NCBI RefSeq assembly: GCF_006345805.1 | Contig: NW_021833643.1 | Location: 1 to 58,187, forward strand | DNA length: 58,187 bases | Source of the DNA: Octopus sinensis | Lineage: Eukaryota | Direction of reading: 5' to 3' | The notes under the pieces: model-generated | Told to the model about the DNA's origin: nothing | The model's input: the letters and a program-made list of their open reading frames with translations, nothing else | Databases searched by the model: none | Shown here: positions 1 through 12,530 of the stretch, one piece after another | How positions within the stretch are numbered: the first letter of the stretch is position 1 | Layout: each line of letters begins with the position of its first letter | Made by a program: the position numbers and the translations under genes

Positions 1-265
1 GAACCCCGCGAAAATGGGCCGCCATTGAAAAAACCCCTGTATGGAGAAATAATATGCAATACAAGGCGAAGCTGAAAATAGTAATAATATAATAATAATA
101 ATAATAATAAGCAAATTTTCGACCGAGGATCAAAGGACAATACTAATACTACTAATAATGTAATAAATCATAAATATACAGCTCAACCACAACATTAGAT
201 TAGAAAGCTCTCTTATCTTGGGAACATTTCGTTCTTCGGCCTGACACAGGAATATGACGGGCTGG

Positions 266-298
<33 letters not shown>

Positions 299-300
<2 letters not shown>

Positions 301-462
301 TGTCTTCCCTTCTTTAGACTCTTACTAGATTTCTGATGAAGAGCTCTGCTCGAAATGTAAAATCCTCTTTCTTTTGTTTCCTTTCCTGAGCATTGAATAA
401 CACTACTTGTACCACATCCTCACATTGTTGTTTTTTCTTGCTTGTTCTTGTTTGGATTGATT
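299..462 (+). mobile_element. Penelope-like element (pLTR/3' end) remnant between (TA)n runs
   Basis: Homologous to the reverse complement of 25328-25505; contains a hammerhead; flanked by (TA)n on both sides. The PLE assignment is inferred from the minimal hammerhead. Confidence 0.55.
328..364 (+). ncRNA. Minimal type I hammerhead ribozyme motif (degenerate stem III)
   Basis: gattt-CTGATGA-A-GAGC(tct)GCTC-GAAA-tgTA-aaatc: 5-bp stem I, 4-bp stem II, conserved core, predicted cut at 359/360. Confidence 0.7.
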
Positions 463-623
463 ATATATATATATACATATGCATACATATGTGCATATAT
501 ATATATATATACATGTATATATATGTATATACATATACATACATATGTGTAAATACATACATATACATATGTGTAAACACATACATATACATATGTGTAA
601 ATACATATATATATATACATATA

Positions 624-1028
624 GGTGTAGGAGTAACTGTGTGGTAAGTAGCTTGCTTACCAACCACTTGGTTCCGGGTTCAGTCCCACTGCATGGCACC
701 ATGGGCAGGTGCCTACTACTATAGCTTTGGGTTAACCAAAGCTTTATGAGTGGATTTGGTAGGCAGAAACTGAAAGAGGCCAGTCATATATATGTGTGAG
801 TGTGTGTGTGTGTGTTTATGTGTGTGTTTCTATGTTTATCCCCCCACCATCGCTTGACCACCAATGTTGGTGTGTTTACATTCTTGTAACTTAGCTGTTC
901 ATTAAAAGAGATTGATAGCATAAGTACCAGGCCTCCAAAGATAATTCCTGGGGTCAAAATACTTGGCTAAAGTTGGTGCTCCAGCATGGGCACATGCAAA
1001 TGTCTGAAACAAATAAAAGAATAAAGGA
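624..1028 (+). mobile_element. SINE family A (tRNA-derived head, internal (TA)/(TG) microsatellite, (AAGAGTA)n-like tail)
   Basis: A-box-like and B-box (GGTTCAGTCC) head; matches more than 20 other copies in the window. Confidence 0.85.
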
Positions 1029-1092
1029 GTTTATATATATATATATATATATTATATATGTGTGTGTATATATATATGTATATATATATATA

Positions 1093-1408
1093 TCCTTTCA
1101 TCCCTTTGCTTGTTTCAGTCATTAGACTGAGGCCATGCTGTAGCACCACCTGGAAGAATTTTTTTTAGTCGAACATATCAACAACAGTACTTATTTTTAA
1201 ATGCCTGGCACTTATTCTATCGGTGTCTTTTGCTGAACCGCAAAGTTACGGAGACATAATCACAACAGCATCAGCTGTCAAGTGATGGCGGCTTTGGCTG
1301 GCCCAAGGCTTCATGTTGTAGAAGACACTTGCCCAAGGTGCCACACAATGGAACTATTTGAACCTGGAACAATTTGTAAAGGAAGCAAGCTTCTTACCAC
1401 ACAGCCAT
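1093..1408 (-). mobile_element. SINE A, internally deleted
   Basis: Reverse-complement head and tail. Confidence 0.75.
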
Positions 1409-1756
1409 AATATAGATATAGATATATATGCATTCACAGACACATACATGTACACATATATAAAATTATGTTAAAATATATACTAGCAGCAGCAGTAGCA
1501 GCAGATGCTGTTAATGCAGTGATTATGATGATGTGGCTACAGCATCAATATGGTATTTTATATATATATATATAATATATATATATATAGGCACAGGAGT
1601 GGCTGTGTGGTAAGTAGCTTGCTTCCCAACCACGTTTCTGGGTTCAGTCCCACTGCGTGACACCTTGGGCATGTGTCTTCTACTATAGCCTCGGACCGAC
1701 CAAGCCTTGTGAGTGGATTTGTAGACGGAAACTGAAAGCAGCCCGTCGTATATATG

Positions 1757-1787
<31 letters not shown>

Positions 1788-1799
1788 TTATATATATCA

Positions 1800-2448
1800 T
1801 CGCCGGTGGCACATGAATATCGAACCAAATATCAATGGAAACAGTAGTTGTGATACCTCAACCCCCGCCTCGAATGGCTTCCGTGTCGGTGGCACATGAT
1901 ATCGACCAAATATCAATGGAAACAGTAGTTGTGATACCTGTGCGGTGACACATAAAAAGCACCATCCGACGTGGCCGTTGCCAGTGCAGCCTCCACTGGC
2001 TTCTGTCCGGTGGCACATAAAAAGCACCATCCGAACGTGACGATGCCAACCTTGCCTCGAATGGCTTCTGTGCGGTGGCACATAAAAAGCAACAACCCTG
2101 CCTCGAATGCTTCTGTGCCGGTGGCACATAAAAAGCAACGCCCGAACGTGGCCGATGCCAGCACGCCATGACTGGCTTCTGTGCCGGTAGCACGAAAAAA
2201 AAAAAAAAAAAGCACCAACTGATCGTGGCCGATGCCAGACCCCTCTGGCACCTATGAGGTGGACGTAAAAAGCACCCACTACACTCGTGGAGTGGTTGGC
2301 GTTAGGAATGGGCATCCAGCTGTAGAAACTCTGCCAGATCAGACTGGAGCCTGGTGCAGCCCCTGGCTTCCCAGACCCCAAGTCGAACCGTCCAACCCAT
2401 GCTAGCACGGAAAACGGACGTTAAACGATGATGATGATGACGATGATA
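1800..2448 (+). mobile_element. RTE 3' UTR with internal hairpin-unit array, copy 1 of the tandem duplication
   Basis: Repeated gtgccggtggcacataaaaagcacc units, then the family tail ending in (GAT)n. Confidence 0.8.
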
Positions 2449-2609
2449 GGCGCAGAAGTGGCTGTGTGGTAAGTAGCTTGCTTCCCAACCACGTTTCTGG
2501 GTTCAGTCCCACTGCGTGACACCTTGGGCATGTGTCTTCTACTATAGCCTCGGACCGACCAAAGCCTTGTAGTGGATTTCGTAGACGGAAACTGAAAGCA
2601 CCCGTCGTA

Positions 2610-2659
<50 letters not shown>

Positions 2660-2662
<3 letters not shown>

Positions 2663-3321
2663 CCGGTGGCACATGAATATCGAACCAAATATCAATGGAA
2701 ACAGTAGTTGTTGATACCTCAACCCCCGCCTCGAATTGCTTCCTCCGTGTCGGTGGCACATGAATATCGAACCAAATATCAATGGAAACAGTAGTTGTGA
2801 TACCTGTGCCGGTGACACATAAAAAGCACCATCCGAACGTGGCCGTTGCCAGTGCAGCCTCCACTGGCTTCTGTGCCGGTGGCACATAAAAAGCACCATC
2901 CGAACGTGACTGATGCCAACCTTGCCTCGAATGGCTTCTGTGCCGGTGGCACATAAAAAGCAACAACCCTGCCTCGAATGGCTTCTGTGCCGGTGGCACA
3001 TAAAAAGCAACGCCCGAACGTGGCCGATGCCAGCACGGCCATGACTGGCTTCTGTGCCGGTAGCACGAAAAAAAAAAAAAAAAAGCACCAACTGATCGTG
3101 GCCGATGCCAGACCCCTCTGGCACCTATGCAGGTGGCACGTAAAAAGCACCCACTACACTCGTGGAGTGGTTGGCGTTAGGATGGGCATCCAGCTGTAGA
3201 AACTCTGCCAGATCAGACTGGAGCCTGGTGCAGCCCCTGGCTTCCCAGACCCCAGTCGAACCGTCCAACCCATGCTAGCACGGAAAACGGACGTTAAACG
3301 ATGATGATGATGACGATGATA
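2660..3321 (+). mobile_element. RTE 3' UTR, copy 2 of the tandem duplication
   Basis: Near-identical to 1800-2448. Confidence 0.8.
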
Positions 3322-3731
3322 GGCGCAGAAGTGGCTGTGTGGTAAGTAGCTTGTTTACCAACCACATGGTTCTGGGTTCAGTCCACTGCGTGGCAACATT
3401 GGGCAAGTGTCTTCTACTATAGCCTCAGGCCGACCAAAGCCTTGTGAGTGGATTTGGTAGACGGAAACTGAAAGAAGACCGTCGTATATATGTATATATA
3501 TATATGCGTGTGTGTGTTTGTGTGTCTCTGTTTGTCCCCCTAGCATTGCTTGACAACTGATGCTGGTGTGCTTATGTCCCCGTTACTTAGCGGTTCAGCA
3601 AAAGAGACCGATAGAATAAGTACTGGGCTTACAAAAGAATAAGTCCCGGGGTCGAGTTGCTCGATTAAAGGCAGTGCTCCAGCATGGCCGCAGTCAAATG
3701 ACTGAAACAAGTGATAGAAGAGTAAAGAGTA
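3322..3731 (+). mobile_element. SINE A, full length (head-only copies also at 1590-1750 and 2449-2610)
   Basis: ggcgcagaagtggctgtgtggtaag...gactgaaacaag. Confidence 0.9.
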
Positions 3732-3733
3732 AA

Positions 3734-3765
<32 letters not shown>

Positions 3766-3768
3766 TAT

Positions 3769-4037
3769 AAAATAATAATAATTAATTTTTATAATTATGA
3801 GTATAATTATAATTAGGGTTCAGCAAAGAGATTTGCTTCATCACATACCAAAATTAGAAATAGCAGCCAAAAAAACTAGCTATTTCGGTATTTGGTGAAG
3901 CAAATTTTTTGCTGAACCTAAAGTATGATTATACTCATAATATAAAAATTATTGTTTAAGTTACCGATAATGGTTCTTTAATATGCCGAACTACTTGGTA
4001 AAATTATAATTATTAATTAATTAATTAATTTTACCAT

Positions 4038-4050
<13 letters not shown>
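3769..4050. repeat. AT-rich hairpin element embedded in (TA)n; relatives at about 43225-43435 and 49560-49740
   Basis: Inverted arms at about 3786-3864 and 3878-3950; shared ttaccaagta...gaaccattatcgg and catac..aaa.ttagaaatagcag motifs. Confidence 0.65.
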
Positions 4051-4100
<50 letters not shown>

Positions 4101-4379
4101 CACACAATAATATTGACAGTTTGAGGTCAGGTCATAGTTCAATTCTACCCGGACAATACTCCAGTCGCCAGCAATACCCCGGTCTTCTGCAACTTCTCTT
4201 CAGCAAAGACAAGGTTGCAGAGTATTGGTAAGAAGGTGGGGGGATAGATGAGGTGGTGGAGGCTAGGTGAGGCACTGCAAACATAGTCATAGCAGTAACT
4301 TGGTGTAGTTAGTAGCTACATCAAGACACAGAGAATGGAAGAGAAGGACAATCTGCCATTCAGTTATGATCATAGCAAC

Positions 4380-5200
4380 GGCAACAACAACAGCAGCAGT
4401 AACAGTCGTGATGGTGGTGGTGGTGGTGGTGGTGGTGAAATATGTACTGCTGGTAATGGTAGACGATGGTGGCATTGGTACTGCTTGTGGTAGTGAAATT
4501 AGCAATGATGGCATTAGTGGCAGCAATGGACTGCAGCTTCTGGTGCTGCTGTTGTTGCTGCTGCAGCAGCAGATGTTGTTCTTGCTGATAATGGCATTGG
4601 TATTAATAATGGTAGTGATGAAGTTTGCAGTGCAGGTAACAGAGGTAAGTGTAGGATGGTGATAGTGGTAGTGGTGGCGATGGTCATAGTAGTGGTGGTG
4701 GTGGTGGTGGTGGTGGTGGTGATGGTGGTGGTGATAGTGGTGGTCATCATCGTGGTGGTGGTGGTGGTGGTGGTGGTGGTGGTGGTGGCAGCAAGTGGTA
4801 TAGGTGGTAATGATCATAGTGGTAGTAACGGTGATGGTGATAGTGTTGGTGCTGTTACTGCTGAGGGTAGTGCTAATGGTAGTGAAGTTTGTGGTGGTGG
4901 TGGTGGTGGTGGTGGTGATAGTGGTGGTCATCGTCGTAGTGGTGGTGGCAGCAAGTGGTATTGGTGGTATAGTGGTAGTAACAGTGATGGTAATAATGTT
5001 AGTGCTGTTACTGCTGAGGGTAGTGCTAATGGTAGTGAAGTTTGTGGTGGTGGTGGTGGTGGTGGCAGTGGTCGTAAGGTGTTGGCAACAGAGATGGTTG
5101 TAGCAGTGATAGTATTTGCGGTATTAGCAGTGAAGACGAAGTTTGTAATGGTAGTAACAGTGGAGGTAGTGGTGATGGTGATGGTGATGGTAATGTTGGT
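4380..5200. repeat. (GGT)n/(GAT)-rich low complexity with an internal duplication of about 160 bp
   Basis: gctgttactgctgagggtagtgctaatggtagtgaagtttg occurs at about 4850 and 5002. Confidence 0.85.
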
Positions 5201-5377
5201 GGTAGTGTCACTGATGACCAAAAGTGGTGGTAGTGATAGTTGTACTAGTGGTTACCATAGCAAGGATAACAGTGGCAGAATGGTCTCCAAAATTTGGACT
5301 ATCATCATCGTCATCGTCATCATCGTTATGGTCACTTAAACCCTTTCTCCGTCTAAAGTAATACTTATTTATTCTCA

Positions 5378-5577
5378 TCATCATCGTTTAGTGTCCGCTT
5401 TCCATGCTAGCATGGGTTGGACGGTTCAACTGGGGTCCGTGAAGCCAGAAGGCTGCATTAGGCCCAGTCTGATCTGGCAGTGTTTCTACGGCTGGATGCC
5501 CTTCCTAACGTCAACCACTCCGTGAGTGTAGTGGGTGCTTTTTACGTGCCACCTGCACAGGTGCCAGACGCGTTTTG
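5378..5577 (-). mobile_element. RTE 3' tail
   Basis: Reverse complement of the family tail with (CAT)n. Confidence 0.8.
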
Positions 5578-6997
5578 AATTAATCATGCATTATCTCTAT
5601 CTCATAGCTTCGAGATTTCAATTATGTGTTTGTTTATTTTCAGACTGGCATTGCAGGATAGGTGTGAGGAGCCAGATCTAGCCAGCTTGAGCATAAGACA
5701 GGTAAAATATTCAGGCCGGATAAGACCGGTTTAAATGCTAAAAATGCTGAAGGGTTAAAGTCAACTTTTCCATTCTCACATTGTCAGATGCAATTTGATG
5801 AAAGAGATTTTTCTTTGGCCAGCCAGATGCCCTTCCTGTTACCAATCTTTACTTTGTTTTTCAGGCAAGGAATTATTCCCCCAAATTCCATCTACCCCAG
5901 GGTCAGACATGCTTGCACAGGAGATTAAAAAACAAAGTACACCACTAACATGATAGTGTTGCTTGTGATAGTCACGGAAGCTAGTTCCTAGTTCACATTG
6001 TTATTCTGAAAATAAGCAGTAAAACCTTATTGAAATCTAAAAGCAACAAGATAATTCAGGATTAATTCGAAACAATATGAAGGAATAAGAATTACTTTTG
6101 GCAGAGTAATCTGAATACTGGAAAACCAAATCTTCGAGGTAATGTGATGAAGGAAATTTGTGGCTATTACATTTCTGAGTCATGCAGGCTGTGTAATAAA
6201 TGAGCCACTTGCACATAAATCTCATGAGCAGGCTGTTCCGTTGATTGGATCAACTGGAACATATGCCATGATAACCAACAGAGTAAAATGTATGTATGTA
6301 TGTATTTATGTATGCATGTGAGTGTATGTATATATGTACGTATGTGTATGTATGTATGTATGTATGTATGTACGTATGTATGTATATATGTATGTATGTC
6401 ATTATTTCAGTTTTATTTCAAGATTTCTTGCCAACAAAGAAAGAGCTGGTTTCTTAGACCCAAAGCTCCTCCCTCAGTGGAATTTCAACATCAACAATGT
6501 ATTTTTATATGCATATATGTATATGAGCAGATTTATATGTTTTGTTTTATGTATGTATTCTCATGCATATAGTTGTATGTCTAGATATGCTCCAAATCTT
6601 GCATTAACCATCACTAGTAAATTCTGCATTTAAATTCTTGGACACTGTAGTTTTCTATTGGGTTCTCTATTGTCTGGAACCATTTAACCTTACCCCTCAA
6701 AACATGTTTATATACATGTATTCATAAGTACCTGCATATATACACACATATATAAATACACAGAAACAAGCACACATATGTATGCATACATATATAATAT
6801 GTGTTGGATGCCAGTCCACTGGCTGAATCAAACAAACTATGTTTCCATTTTTTTTTCCTTTTTAAAAAAAAACATTGCTGATACTATCTGCTTGTCTGTC
6901 ACAACTCCTGACCATTATTAGATGTTATATTTTAGAAACTTCTACGTCCTAATATAGGACATTCTTTTTCTTCTTCTTCTTCTTATTATTATTATTG

Positions 6998-7215
6998 AAG
7001 GTAGCGAACTGGCAGAAATGTTACCACACCAGGAGAAATGCTTAGCAGTATTTCATCTGTCTTCACATTCTGAGTTCAAATTCTGCTGAGGTCAACTTTG
7101 CTCTTCATCCTTTCGGGCTCAATAAAATAAGTACCAGTTGCGTACTCGAGTCAATCTAATTGACTGCCCCCCCCCCTCGCCCCTTTCCAAAAATTTCAAG
7201 CCTTGGAGATATGGG
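6998..7215 (+). mobile_element. SINE B variant
   Basis: Head and core present. Confidence 0.75.
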
Positions 7216-7339
7216 AGCTGAATTCGGGCTACAAAATGTTGGAGCAAAAACTGCAAGACATTTCAGTAAGACATTGTCAGTGTGCATGTACAACAGAGTG
7301 TAAACATTTTGAGAAAAAAACTGAGGATAAGAGGCATCA

Positions 7340-7778
7340 GATGAAGTGTGCATGAGAGACGACTGCACTGGTATGGCCATGTGATGCACATGGATGATGA
7401 CAGCTATGTAAAGAAGTGCCAACCTCTAACTGTGGAGGGAACCTGTGGTAGATTCAGGAAGACATGGGATGAGGTGGTGAAGCATGATTTTTTTAATAAG
7501 GGGCTCATGGACACGATGAAAAGTGACCAACACTTTTAGCAATATACCATGCTTGAGAAGGCCCGTCAAGCCAAGTGGCCAATGGCAGTGTCATGTAACT
7601 GGCATCCTTGTCAGTGGTATGTAAAAAGCACCCATTAACTCTTGGAGTGGTTGGCATTGGAAAGAAACCTTGCCAAATCAGACTGGAACCTGGTGCAGCT
7701 CTCCAGCTTACCAGCTCCAGTCAAACCGTCTAACCCATGCCAGCATGGAAAGCAGGCGTTAAACGATGATGATGATGA
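7340..7778 (+). mobile_element. RTE LINE 3' ORF fragment plus 3' UTR tail (same family as 45880-47810)
   Basis: ERRLHWYGHVMHMDDDSYVKKC...RKTWDEVVKHD followed by the family tail and (GAT)n. Confidence 0.85.
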
Positions 7779-8209
7779 TTCCACCCAATGCTCTAAACAT
7801 TCCAACAACTCTCTAACCTGGACAGATTTCGCCCTACCCCCAACTAAAACTGTAGCTTGGGTAAGAATTTCAGGGTTTGTGTATACTGATATAAAGGGTT
7901 ACTATGACAACATAACAGACCCGATCATGCAGAGTTCTGATTTAATCTGTTCAGTCAGCAAGCTAAGATCAATGGCCTATGCAACAAAGTTCGTTTATTA
8001 TCGTGGTTATTAAGTTATTTTTAAATTAGTCAATATGACTGATTGTTAGATAAGGAGACTGTTTATGACTTGAACTCATTGTTATCTCTTCGTTGTGTTG
8101 TTGTTGTCATCACAATCATCATCATCATCATTGTCACTGTAATCAAAAGCAGTTGCCTCGTAATCATCAATATCGACTTGATAATTATTAAAGCTCTTAC
8201 CACCATCAC

Positions 8210-8631
8210 CATCAACATTGCTATCATCATCATCATCATCATCAAAAGCAGCACCAGCAGCAGCAGCAGCAGCAGCATTACCATCATCCTCACCTCGGTG
8301 TCACTTTTCAAAAACTACCCTTATCACCACCATCATTATCAACATCATCATCATCATCATCATCTCCACCACCATCATCATCATCATCAACTTCATCATC
8401 ATCATCATCATCATCATCAACATCATCATCAACTTCATCATCATCAACATCATCATCATCATCATCATCATCATCAACTTCATCATCATCATCATCATCA
8501 TCGTCAACATCATCATCAACTTCATCATCATCATCAACTTCATCATCATCATCAACTTCATCATCAACTTCATCATCAACTTCATCATCATCATCATCAT
8601 CAACTTCATCATCATCAACTTCATCATCAAC

Positions 8632-8667
<36 letters not shown>

Positions 8668-8757
8668 TTCATCATCATCATCAACATCATCATCATCAAC
8701 TTCATCATCATCATCATCATCAACATCATCATCATCATCAACTTCATCATCATCCAC

Positions 8758-8788
<31 letters not shown>

Positions 8789-8853
8789 ACATCAACTTCA
8801 TCATCATCATCATCATCTTCATCATCATCATCATCAATTTCATCATCATCATC
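8210..8853. repeat. (CAT)n microsatellite with periodic CAACTT interruptions
   Basis: Direct reading. Confidence 0.95.
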
Positions 8854-8965
8854 CTGAACAATGTCATATAATATTTTATTTTACTTTGGCATTTTGTTGC
8901 TAAATAGAGAATCCACTCATTTTCCCATAAAATCCTAACATTAACCAGAAGAGTACATAATGCGT

Positions 8966-9004
<39 letters not shown>

Positions 9005-9539
9005 GTGTCTAACCCTGTGTATGTGTGTACACATGTACATGTGCATACATGTGCATGTATGTATGTGGCATGGATGCAGATGGAGTCATGGAGACATGAA
9101 GCTGTGCAGGAGTGGGACTGTTTGTTAGAAACATCATGTTTAAATTTTACATATAAATCTCAAACTATTAAAAAAAAAAAAAAAAAATGACTACTTGACT
9201 AAAACATTAAAAGATAATTTAATTCTCTTTACCTTTGCAAACCCACAAAGGTCTACTTTACCAATCAACCTTTTATTAGGGGAGGAGGCCATTGATAAAA
9301 GTAGTTACTAGTCATGTGCTGGTAATGGGTTTATCTGAATCACCTTCATAGGATAGGCATCAGTATTTTCATGCCCACATAACTGTGATCTGGCAGAATC
9401 GTTATAAGTAATTTTATCTGTAAAATTTTTTTTATCTCAGATGAAAACTGTAGTTTGTTTCCTCTTAGTGGTGTATATACATTAAGTATGATACATAGAT
9501 GACTATTTTCCTTTAATAATATTGCCTCAGTTATGCACA

Positions 9540-10040
9540 TCATCATCAAATGTTCATTGTCCGTGTTGGCATGGATTGGATAGTTTCACTAGGGCTGGTT
9601 AGCTGGAAGGCTGCACCAGATTCCAGTCTGATTTGGCATGGTTTCTACAGCTGGATGCCCTTCCTAACACCAACACTTTGAGAGCATAATGGGTGCCTTT
9701 ACATTCCACTGGCACAGGTGCCATTTGCATGACACCAGTATCTTTCACAACTACAATTTTACTTGGCTTGATGGGTCTTCTCACGCACAGCTTAATGCCA
9801 AAGGTCTTGGTCATTTGTCATTGCCTCCATGAGGCCCAACTCTCGAAAGGTACTTTTTATGTGCCACCAGCATTGGCCACTTTGCCTCCATGAGGCTTAA
9901 TGCTTGAAAGGTGCTTCTAGCATACCACTAGCATAGGTGCCAGTTATGTGACACCAGCATCAGCCATGACCATGAGTTCACTTGGCTTGACTGGTCTTCT
10001 GAAGCACAGCATATCGCCAAAGGTCTCAGTCACTAGTCTA
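9540..10040 (-). mobile_element. RTE 3' UTR/tail, diverged
   Basis: ctacagctggatgcccttcctaac core plus UTR repeats. Confidence 0.7.
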
Positions 10041-10379
10041 AAAGGTTGATAGGTAAAGTAGACCTTTGTGGGTTTGCAAAGGTAAAGAGAATTAAATTAT
10101 CTTCTAACATTTTAATCAAGTAGTCACTAGTCACAAAATTCTGAGTGCTATTTTTCCAGCTCTTTATGCTGTCAGTTCAAATTCCATTGAGGTCAACTTT
10201 GCCTTTCATCCCACTGAGGGTATCAATAAAAATTGAGTACAAGTAAATTTACCAGAGTTGATCTATTTACTTGCCGCTCCCTTCAAATTTTCTGGTCTTG
10301 AGCCCAGCAACAAGCCTGCATCCTGTTCAGGAGGAATATTGTGTTCTTGGTCACTTAAACATCTGGCTAACTGGCATTA

Positions 10380-10525
10380 TGAGTCCTGGAAACTGTCTAG
10401 CTGGTCTTAAAAGTCCTGGAAACTGTCTAGCTGGTCTTAAAAGTCCTGGAAACTGGCCTTAGGAGTCCTGGGAACTAACTGACCTTAGGAGTCCTGGAAA
10501 CTGGCTAACTGGTCTTAGGAGTTCT
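10380..10525 (+). repeat. Minisatellite, about 31-bp unit (agtcctggaaactgtctagctggtcttaaa)
   Basis: 4-5 copies. Confidence 0.85.
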
Positions 10526-11148
10526 AGGTCTTAAGAAGAAAAAAAAATCAAAGAGAGAGAGAGACCAGAATCACCTTAATCGTCATTTGACATCCACTTT
10601 TCCATGCTTGTAAGGGTCAGACTGAATTTGTTGAGATTTGGTGAGATTTTCTATAGAGAAATGCCCTTCCTGCTGCCAACCCTCAGCTGTTTTGAAGCAA
10701 GGTAATATTTACCCCATGGCCAAACATGTTTCTCAGGAAAGGACTTGAAATGAACAAGTTGCTGTAGTTGTTTGGTAAGGAATTTGGCTGCTATTTCTCT
10801 CAGGTCAAGTAACCTCATAGAGAATCCCTAATTCACTTATAATAGCATTGCACTGATTCACCTTCATCATCATCATCATCAGCAGCAGCAGCAGCAGCAC
10901 CAGTCACGTTAAACATCTGTTTTCCATGCTGGCATGGATTGGACAGTTTGACAAGAGCTGAAGATCTGTGATCCTGTGATGAGCTCCAGTGTCAGCTTTA
11001 GCATGATTTCTTTGACTGGAGAACCTGCTTAATACCAACCATCTAAGTAGGGTCAAAAGTAAGTTGCAAGACATAAAAGAACAAGGAAAAGAAAAACTTC
11101 CATGACTTAACCAACCATAATGATTAAACCAATTACTTTCGTTTTATA

Positions 11149-11171
<23 letters not shown>

Positions 11172-11182
<11 letters not shown>

Positions 11183-11650
11183 GAGTGAGAGGGCAGTGCA
11201 TGTCATCAAAGTGATGCTGAGGTAAAATATACAAAGCCCAGTATACCCATCATGACTACTTGTCTGATAAGGGTACACTAGGCACATGCATCGCAACCAT
11301 GTATGCGCGACATGGTAATCTCATATCATGATAAACAGCACATGACCTTGCAGATGGGGCCCAGTTAGAATTTTTTTCAGGTCGAGTAGCCCATCCCAGA
11401 CAAAAGGTCCTTGAATAGGGGTTGTTTAAGGATGTTGAATGAAACACCCATATTTCCAAAGGTGAATTATTCAAATGCCAAAGAATCCCTCTCAACAAAT
11501 GGCTATGATGCTCCCCCACTACTTCTGCTTGTGATCAGAGATGCACATATCGTCAGCCACTAAGGGACATAATCAACTGGTTAAGGTCAAACAACGGACA
11601 AGCAAATCTGTGGTATTGAGCAGAATATTTGTTGTAGCCCATCTTTTATA
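11172..11650 (-). mobile_element. Unclassified retroposon-like element with (AAT)n tail
   Basis: GC-richer 480-bp block ending in an (AAT)n run on the minus strand; no ORF homology seen. Confidence 0.4.
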
Positions 11651-12530
11651 CCAACACAAAACAATTATTATTATTATTATTGTTATTATTATTAGGGCAG
11701 TGAGCAGACAAAATCGTTAGCACACCAGGCAAAATGCTTAGTGGCACTTTGTCTTTATGATCTGAGTTCAAATTCCACCAAAGTCGACTTTGCCTTTCAT
11801 GCCTGTTTTGCTTTGGGATCAATTTAATTGATTTAGCCCCTCCCCCAAAATTGCTGGCCTTGTGCCAAAATTGTTATTATGATTATTATTATTTTTCTTA
11901 GGCATAATGATACTAATAACCTGGTGTAGAACTCAATATATATATGCTTCAGGAAAAAGTGTTAGTCAAGTACAGAGCGTAATATGAAATTGAACAAATG
12001 ACTATGAAACAAGAAATTAATATAATGAACTTCCATTAGCTGTTTCTGCTATAAGCTGTTTCTGCTATAAGAAGCAATGCACTCATAGCTGAGTGCTTGT
12101 GTATCACCCTATAGCTTCAGCAGAGCCTCAAAAATGAAGTGCTCATATTTATATATATAGTGTATCTAGGACTATAGATATCTTGTAGAAGGGAAATTTC
12201 ACTGATATTTCTAGTAGATCACGTGACTATATAAAGGTAACTGTAGTGGTTTAGGGAAGATAAAGGTTGATTTATTGGTACCTCTACTGCTGAGAAAAAA
12301 ACAGTCGTGCATTAGCCCCAGGATTCAATGGGTCAAATAAACATTTTGATCAAAGTTTGTAACTAACACCACCATCATCACCACCAACAACAACGAGGAC
12401 ACTATCTCATCCCTACAACCACCACGCCGGATATAGTAATTCTAATATGTTCTTATGGTTTTAAAATGGTAGATTATGCTGCTAGGGTAATTATAAGAGT
12501 CTCCAGTCAACTCCTGGATATTATGTTGCC

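Noticed and set aside
624-700. SINE heads as tRNA genes
   Set aside because: A/B boxes are present but there is no intact cloverleaf, and all continue into SINE bodies.
3958-4005. CCGATAA..tgg/cca..GAAA-like motif in the (TA)n-associated family (also near 43285-43320 and 49612-49650, minus)
   Set aside because: All three copies have A at core position 8, extra bases before GAAA and no stem I; not a valid hammerhead.
7780-8013. Protein-looking plus ORF tail, and a minus candidate last exon AIDLSLLTEQIKSELCMIGSVMLS*
   Set aside because: No recognisable homology and no phase-compatible link to supported exons.
8308-8853. Long poly-Asp frame (DDDDEV)n on the minus strand with a possible acceptor attgttcAG, resembling acidic biomineral proteins
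   Set aside because: (ATC)n is open in five of six frames by construction; weak acceptor; phase does not match the last supported exon.
12215-12240. CACGTG E-box next to TATATAAA, promoter-like
   Set aside because: No supporting TSS context, and it resembles a degenerate dispersed repeat.
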